Of a stretch of DNA of 56,416 bases, positions 50,201 to 56,416 are shown piece by piece. Both the position numbers and the translations under genes were made by a program. Location of the stretch: NCBI GenBank assembly GCA_000934665.2, contig JYFJ02002467.1, forward strand, positions 1 through 56,416, given 5' to 3'. Positions within the stretch are counted from its first letter, which is position 1; each line of letters begins with the position of its first letter. The notes under the pieces were generated by a model, which worked only from the letters and a program-made list of their open reading frames with translations, did not search any database and had not been told where the DNA came from. This DNA comes from Catajapyx aquilonaris. Its lineage: Eukaryota.

Positions 50201-53200
50201 AGGGTCTGACAGGTTGGAAACATCGGCGCGGCAGAAAATGCAATTACGCAGCACCGAGGCGCCAGAAAAAGATGTTAGGAAGCCGGGCCCTTTAATATTA
50301 GATGGCGCCTCCGTGGGATGTGCCCAAAATGGCCCTTCTATTAACCGCAAGCAACAAACCGCCTTGGTCACGTATACCGGACGAATAAAAGTCCCCATGT
50401 TCAAAATGAGAATAGGCGAGGTGCAATTTACATGTACAGTCACGTATCTTTTTTCCAAGACACCATCTCGCAGCTTACACGTACACCTGCTACGAAAATT
50501 TGGTAACGACCCAACGACCGTGTATGAACCCACGGAGGTCAACCCCCTGCATGTGCGCAAGTGCATGTGTAGTAATAAAAATCAACGCTTAATCTCATGT
50601 GTGTATGCGAATGTGTACGGAAGAACAATCAGGGTTGCTACATTCTTGGCCGGAACATCTTTGATACCGCCATTTAATAGACAGTCTGATGTGAACGGCC
50701 TCAGACGTAAACACACACCTACACTGAATTGGAAAAAAAAAGAAGCAACAATGATGCAATTTCCAGACCCGCACGTTTCTGCTCCACATTCTGCAATTAG
50801 CATGTGTACTTTATCTGCAGTAACCTAATAGAGACGTACCGGCTCAAAATGGGACGAATCAATAAATCCGAATCCAAAAGGGTCCTGTTTTTCAAATTTC
50901 GTGACGTCAGCCTTCGGGGGCCGAAAATATCAAGCTTTTCCTCCATTGAGAGTCCATAAAATGCCCATTTACACTCGCGTATTACGGCTACAAACACGGT
51001 GGGCCATATACTGCTTAAGCACGTACTATGATTCCGCACATCGGACCACCAAAACTGAATGGACCTGAGACAACCAACAGCACCCTACATTTTATTTATC
51101 GCACATCCTGTACAGCTTGGCCCGAAAATGTACAGGGTGTGTCAAAACTACCTTCAAAAAAAACTTTTACTGTCGCATATGAAACGTCGGCTCGGATCTT
51201 GTTAGGATAATGCATCTTGCCCATATTTGCTTGGGGGAAGAAAAAAAAACGAAAATCCGGAGCAGGCTTCCCCGCATCCGAGCCATCTCACGTATTCCAG
51301 CACTCCAGGACCCGTATTCTCCAGAGAGAAATACAATGCGCATTCCTACACACGCCCAGAAAGAAAGAAAGAAAAAACACAAACATAATTCGTTTCTCTC
51401 GCATTTCCTGCATCTCAGGATCCGCGCAATTTCCTCCTCAAAAGAACTATGACCTTTTTCCTCTTCGTCCTTTGTATCAATTTTCCCAGTGCTCCTTATA
51501 CGTTTCATCAATGGGCGATGGGACACAAAAAAAAAAAGACGGTGAACGATGCCGTATTAGTGCGAAAAATTATATATGGTATATGCCCACGTTCAAAGGG
51601 AAGCTATACTGTGACCTGACGTGGCATTGAGTTACATAACCTCGGGGATAAATATATCCTCCGCAAATTCCATGGAATTGAAGTAGGTTATCTGAAACGA
51701 TGTTACTGTACGTTGCACCCCTCCTTTTACGTTTTCCTTTCGGTTTCTAATTGTCAATGAGGCACTTTCTGCGGTGTCGACCATGCAAAATTGGCAAACA
51801 AATGGGGGGCCGCAAAATGTTATCACGTCTCTCTCAATACAATGCCGGCAGTCAAAATGCAATCGCCTCGTTACGTCACCGATTGTCGCACCCCCCTCCT
51901 TGTTTTAAAGACAGTTTGCACCACCCTGTAGTTAGCAACAATTAATCACCGAATGACTCGTAGTCAGACTTCCGGGCATATCTCCCTTTATACTGGACTA
52001 ATCAAGCCTGATTCACCCAGCACATGTCCATCTGCGGACAAATATCATGTCTGGGACATAAACCAGCCCACCCCTCTCGCTCTATGCAGTTTTATGTCCC
52101 AGCTTCCTAAATTATGCATCTCTCCCTGTCCCCTAGGGTTCAACCGCCCCCTACCCTCCACCATTCAGTTTTGACCATGCCAGAGAGCGATTCTCCCAAA
52201 ATGGAAAACGAGCGCTGCAGCTATTTTATTGCCTTTTATCGTGCTGCACTAGTTATCTGCAGTCAATGCTCGGGAGATATATTATTAGTTGGACAGTCCC
52301 CCCATTTTTGTGTGTGCATGGTGCAGTAGCAGTCAACTGGGGCATGTCCCAAAGTCCCTGGCCCATTTGCATTAGAAACCTGGCTGTTTCCATCAGCACA
52401 ATAATAATAACATGACAGTCTGGAATGTGAGCTATGCCTAATTTGACATATGAACAAATGGTTCGGTAATATTTTAAGCGTCGAAACTTGATCATACGAG
52501 GTCGATCCCCTCATGTCCGGCAATAGCACTTCTCTCATAGTAAACATCTGTGTGTTCTTGGATATTTCTTGACATCCCCTAGCACCATCTCATGGCATTA
52601 GTTGCCTCATACCTTCAAACGTCATTTCATCATTAATCTGACAACAAAATCCACTACTTGCCTGAAAATAAATTGTGTGAACCGCACCTGCTTGTATTTA
52701 CACAAAGTTGGCACAGGTAGTTAGGCCTACAATATAATCAGTGGTATATTGTCATAATTTGACTGCAAATTATGAATACACAAACTTTCCCTAATATGCG
52801 CTCACATTGTGAAGCCCATTGTGCCGATACAAATTACACAAAAATCATATCCAATCGCTATTAATAATATTTTGAAATTTTTACCTTTACTTATGTCGAC
52901 ACACCCTTCCTTTAATGTCAGGCTATTAACACATTTCCTGGTTGCACTGTCCAATAAACGCATCAAACGCACGTTCACAACTATTGCAATAACTAGTACA
53001 GTGAGAGAGGAAAAAAATAGCCACATTCTGCCCTTATTTGCTTCATTATTTATTTATCGCCATTTTTTTATTTGTAGTATGGCTGTATTTTTGCGGATGG
53101 CTGTATTTTGGTTATGCCCACATCATATTTTCGTGCGTGTGTGTACATGCTACACGTGTACCCACCCCTATTTTCATCTATATTATTTTATTTCATTATT

Positions 53201-53214
53201 TTTGCATAACTCAC

Positions 53215-53297
53215 CGTTTGAAGTGCTCCCGGATCCTCTCTTCGCGGATGCTTTCCGGCAAATTCCCGACCCAAAGATGCCGAGTCTCTCTAACCAT
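53215..53297 (-). CDS. spen: spen coding exon 1 (83 nt): MVRETRHLWVGNLPESIREERIREHFK(R), start of RRM1
   Basis: ATG at 53297 in strong context (AAG-ATG-G). The peptide matches the SPEN N-terminus MVRETRHLWVGNLPE (RNP2 motif LWVGNL). Donor CG|GTGAGT at 53215/53214. Absent from the ORF track because it is short. Confidence 0.97.
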
Positions 53298-53433
53298 CTT
53301 GCGGTGGCCGACTCTTCATGAGGCCTACTCTGCTGCGTCGCCTCCACATAGATTGAGACTGTGGGGTGGGAGCCAAAGGGCAGGCTGCTGCTGGGCGGGG
53401 GTCACACATGGGGGCCAACACTTTTCCACCCAT
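53290..53433 (-). other. Upstream ORF (up to 47 aa, four in-frame ATGs) overlapping the spen start codon out of frame
   Basis: ATGs at 53433, 53409, 53349 and 53319 share one stop-free frame ending at TAG 53292-53290, just past the spen ATG (CAA-GAT-GGT-TAG). Confidence 0.5.
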
Positions 53434-53689
53434 CCAGCCCCCCCATCATATTAAAACCCCCCCAAAAATAATTAACTAATTAATATTTTTTTTAAACTAA
53501 AAAATTGGGGGGCCAGCCCAGCCAGCACCGTACTTCAGGAGAGGGGGGGGATACACACCACACTACATTGTGAAGTAAAACACTGCGCACTATACACCGG
53601 GTGGGGATTTCGGATTTTCTGAATCTGTTTTTCTGTTGTTGTTGCTTCGGGTTGGCGGGGGTACGAACCCGGGTTATATCCTCGCGGTG

Positions 53690-53960
53690 CCCACCAACCA
53701 CCACTGTATAAACCCACGTTACTTCTTCACACTTCTCCACGAGAATGACGTCACCGTGGCGGGCTCGGAACCAAACTCGGGGAGGCTCGCCGGACAGCCC
53801 GCTAGAACGGGGCGGTTCCCTACTAGGCTCGGAGCGAGTCTACAATGCAGGGCGAATCCATTTCCAAAGCACGGGGGGAGGGAACTGAGAGCGCCCCCCC
53901 CCCCCTCCCAAATGTCAGCGGGGTTGCCACATCGTGCGCACACCGCATTTCAAAAACATG
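53690..53960 (-). promoter_or_regulatory. Putative spen proximal promoter (CpG-rich) with a full palindromic CRE, TGACGTCA at 53746-53753
   Basis: GC/CpG-rich block about 400-650 bp upstream of the ATG, with a perfect CRE and a GGGGCGG GC-box near 53809. The transcription start site cannot be determined from sequence. Confidence 0.45.
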
Positions 53961-55972
53961 CTGTTTCCGTATTTTATTGACCGGGGATCAATCGCCTGGC
54001 TTGGCTGGTAAGGGGATGGAGAGGGGGTGATTGAAAAATCCGTCTTGTCTGCACCAATTAATGCAATGCACAACAATGCTGGGTCGATTACAGCAGCGTC
54101 CAGTGAAGGACAAGGCCCCGGGGCAAGCACCTCTAATGAAATTTTCTCTAAACAACCCCACCGTGTTAATTAAAACCTGCTCAAAATTACTTCCCCCCCC
54201 ATTCTCTTTGTTCAAACCCCCCCACAGTTCGCCCCTTCCCCCCCACCAGAAGTACAGTATATTGACATACCATCCTTGGATTTTTAGTAGTAGTAATGTA
54301 TGTCTCCAAAAAATTGCGTGGGCGTCATTATTTTTCAGGAAGGGTGGAAGCAGCAGTAGGAAGCTAGAGAAAAGCAGGTCAGAAGGCCGGACGTGTGCAG
54401 AAATAATCGATTCCCAGCCTTCAGAGAGAGAGAGAGGTGCGCCTACCAGGGAATATCTGGAAAAGCAGCAGCCACTGGCTTGAATGGCTGCTTCAAACAG
54501 AAAATGCAGGGATGCCAACCCTCTCTTGCACTTTGACATGGAGCAAAAATGTGTGACCAATCTGCAACATATAGAGAGGTGGTGGTAGGTTACACACAGA
54601 GAGAAAAAATAATAAAAAAGGGGGGGAAGGAAAAAACTCAACGAGGTTAATGACACAACCAGAACAATGGAGGTGAAAGTGGGGGGGGGGGGGGGGGGGG
54701 GNAAAATATCCACAAAACATACAAAGCTTCAGAAATAAAGTATTGAACGATTCTTTCCAGGAAATCGCGCCCTATTTTCAGATGATGGGGGTCATATGTC
54801 AGTGTTTTTTTTTCTCTCTCGATCTCCAGGCAATTCGCTTATTGCCCTCAGGCCCCGGAACCTTTCTCATCATCATCTGCTGTCTCACCTGTCGTCCTTT
54901 TTTTAACATAAAAAGGTGTACGTGGGAGGGGAAGAAGAAATATTGGTAGATTGATGGTGGTCGTCACGCACGTCGCTCACACATAACGTGCTCCAGTAAA
55001 AGTTTACAGAAACTGCCCGATTTTTTTTAACCGTTGTTAAACTAAAATTAAGACATTATTGAGATGCATGTGAGAGTCAGTGGCATCCTTCCTTTTTTTA
55101 AAAAGGGAGGAAAGTGCATCAGATAGGGAGCTAAAAAATCCGAGTGGGAGGGAAATGGTCGATACGGGGAACTGCCAGCATCGCAATATTTACGATGGCG
55201 TTTTGCTGGTGGTTCAGTTTCCTTCGCCAGGCGGCACCTCAGTGCAGCACCTACATGTGGCGTCATACACTTCACATACTGTACATTGCTCAGGTCAAAT
55301 GTTAGCAGGAATATTAAGAAAATTAAATGCAAATTGCAACCTTGGTACAATCTTACGAGGGGAGGAAATGAAATAAAAATTGGTCAAATTTCGATATGAA
55401 TCAAACTTGTAATTAGTTTATTAACAATATTCATAACAGGGACGGAATCTTGATATTGGAAGGAATAAATTGATATAATTTGTACTTTTCGTGTTTGTTA
55501 CAGCATCACGAGAATGTTGAGTCAAAGTCTACGTTGTGGCAGAGGGTTAATACAATTTGCTGTGTATTTACATTTTCAAATGAAAGTTCATCTGAACTGA
55601 ACAAAATGTGGGGCAGGACTACAAGATGTTTAAATATCACAATAACCAGTCCAGGACTGAAAGCCCAGTGAATCCATTTCAGGTGTCTCGTGATCCCACG
55701 ACACCTGTGGGAAGCACTTCATGATTGGTGAGCTTAGAGTTGGCTGGCAAAAAAAAGACAACACAATACTACTATTATACCAAAAAAATTACATCTGCAC
55801 ATTGTGAAGACATGTCCTTGAATGAATTGTCCGAAAACACTGAATGCGCACGTGTCTCTTTTTTTTATGGTGGTCAGCAGAACAGCCATGGGACATTAGA
55901 CTTTACAAGTATAGCAACAGCAGAGGTATGAGAGATATGTAGCATTTGCAATGATTATGTCAGAAGCATTCA

Positions 55973-56160
55973 GAGCAGCATATAGTGGTATAGTGATTGG
56001 AACCTCGGTCTTTCCACTTCTGATGTCCCGAGTTCGATCCCTGGATTCGACAGACGAATTTCGCATATGGGAAGTTTCGAAGGTTTCTCTCCATGTTTGT
56101 CTGGGTTTTCTTGTGGTTCTCCTGTTTCCTCCAACAATTAAAATCCAACAACACCGCACT
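55973..56160 (+). mobile_element. Degenerate tRNA-derived SINE with a V-domain-like core
   Basis: A-box-like TGGTATAGTGATTGG (55986-56000) and B-box GAGTTCGATCC (56030-56040). These are followed by GGAAGTTT...TTCTCTCCATGTTTGTCTGGGTTTTCTTGTGGTTCTCCTGTTTCCTCCAACAATTAAAA, which resembles the V-SINE core as I recall it (GGAGTTTGCATGTTCTCCCCGTG...GGGTTTCCTCCGGGTGCTCCGGTTTCCTCCCACA). The 3' end is uncertain. Confidence 0.78.
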
Positions 56161-56172
56161 GATTAAGGTATA

Positions 56173-56290
56173 TAGTCTGGTGACCCGGGGTAGCTTGCCC
56201 CCTGGGGTAACTGGTTGTTTACTGCTATCCTTTTACATATGTTGCCATGGTGATTGCCCCCGGGATAGCTTACCCCGGGTCATCAGACTA
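56173..56290. mobile_element. Small MITE-like inverted-repeat element (about 118 bp), TA at both ends
   Basis: Left arm TAGTCTGGTGACCCGGGGTAGCTTGCCCCCTGGGG versus the reverse complement of the right arm, TAGTCTGATGACCCGGGGTAAGCTATCCCGGGGG: an imperfect TIR of about 35-40 bp. The terminal TA is consistent with a Tc1/mariner-type TSD. Confidence 0.7.
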
Positions 56291-56416
56291 GGGGCCTATA
56301 CCTCATAAAAACTCCACTCCCTTTTATGGTTGCTAGTAACAACAGTACTGCCTCCAATCCATCTGCAGCGTCATACATATTTCATGTACCCTTATCCATT
56401 CGAAAGGGAGGATAAT

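Larger units (their letters stand above)
1..53297 (-). other. spen: spen (split ends/SHARP/MINT) gene body, 5' portion, start codon to window edge; continues beyond position 1
   Basis: Five exons splice with GT-AG boundaries into one continuous ORF of about 309 aa. The N-terminus is recognisable as SPEN RRM1 and is followed by the Ser/Arg-rich tract that precedes RRM2 in SPEN proteins. No RRM2 exon was found in 1-3020. Confidence 0.95.

Noticed and set aside
50214..50828. 204-aa + strand ORF; likewise 47255..47959 (+) and 53988..54713 (-)
   Set aside because: No domain motifs, no convincing splice structure, and homopolymer-derived residues.
52809..53321. 170-aa + strand ORF ending SPFEVLPDPLFADAFRQIPDPKMPSLSNHL
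   Set aside because: Its protein-like C-terminus is simply the antisense reading of spen exon 1.
10285..55713. Scattered Su(H)/RBPJ sites YGTGGGAA (near 10285, 18977, 37741, 45837, 46957, 55706), attractive because SPEN is a Notch co-repressor
   Set aside because: About seven YGTGRGAA matches are expected by chance in 56 kb on both strands, and no paired or clustered arrangement was seen.
1..56416. CRISPR arrays, rRNA, intact tRNA, snoRNA, hammerhead ribozyme, operons
   Set aside because: Eukaryotic intron-rich locus. No repeat-spacer array was seen; CTGANGA and C/D-box-like words lacked the required partner motifs or stems; the only tRNA-like sequence is the SINE head.

Overview
Eukaryotic (animal, probably arthropod) genomic DNA. 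The window is almost entirely the 5' half of a split ends (spen/SHARP/MINT) gene on the minus strand. I reconstructed five coding exons by hand: 53297-53215, 40839-40552, 16296-16099, 8156-7983 and 3203-3021. All have canonical GT-AG boundaries and join in one open frame encoding RRM1 (MVRETRHLWVGNLP...YGRVQSVKLLP...AFMDIKSAAKAH...TDYYEP), a linker, a basic NLS-like run and an RS/Ser-rich tract. RRM2-4 and the SPOC domain must lie beyond position 1. The introns are long (about 12.4, 24.3, 7.9, 4.8 and >3 kb). Mobile elements and repeats: a hAT MITE with an 8-bp target-site duplication (TSD), a tRNA-derived V-domain-like SINE, a small TA-flanked MITE, a 100-bp near-perfect palindrome and several microsatellites. 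I cannot demonstrate a wholly new biological system. The most interesting signal is a candidate post-transcriptional control architecture around spen: an 18-nt frame-preserving microexon encoding KRRIS, all-phase-2 symmetric exons whose donors carry in-frame stops, an exon 2 start that regenerates a 5' splice site, several stop-containing candidate cassette exons, and a uORF overlapping the start codon. These are predictions from splice signals only and need RNA-seq and conservation checks. Almost all entries in the supplied ORF track are spurious intronic or antisense ORFs.
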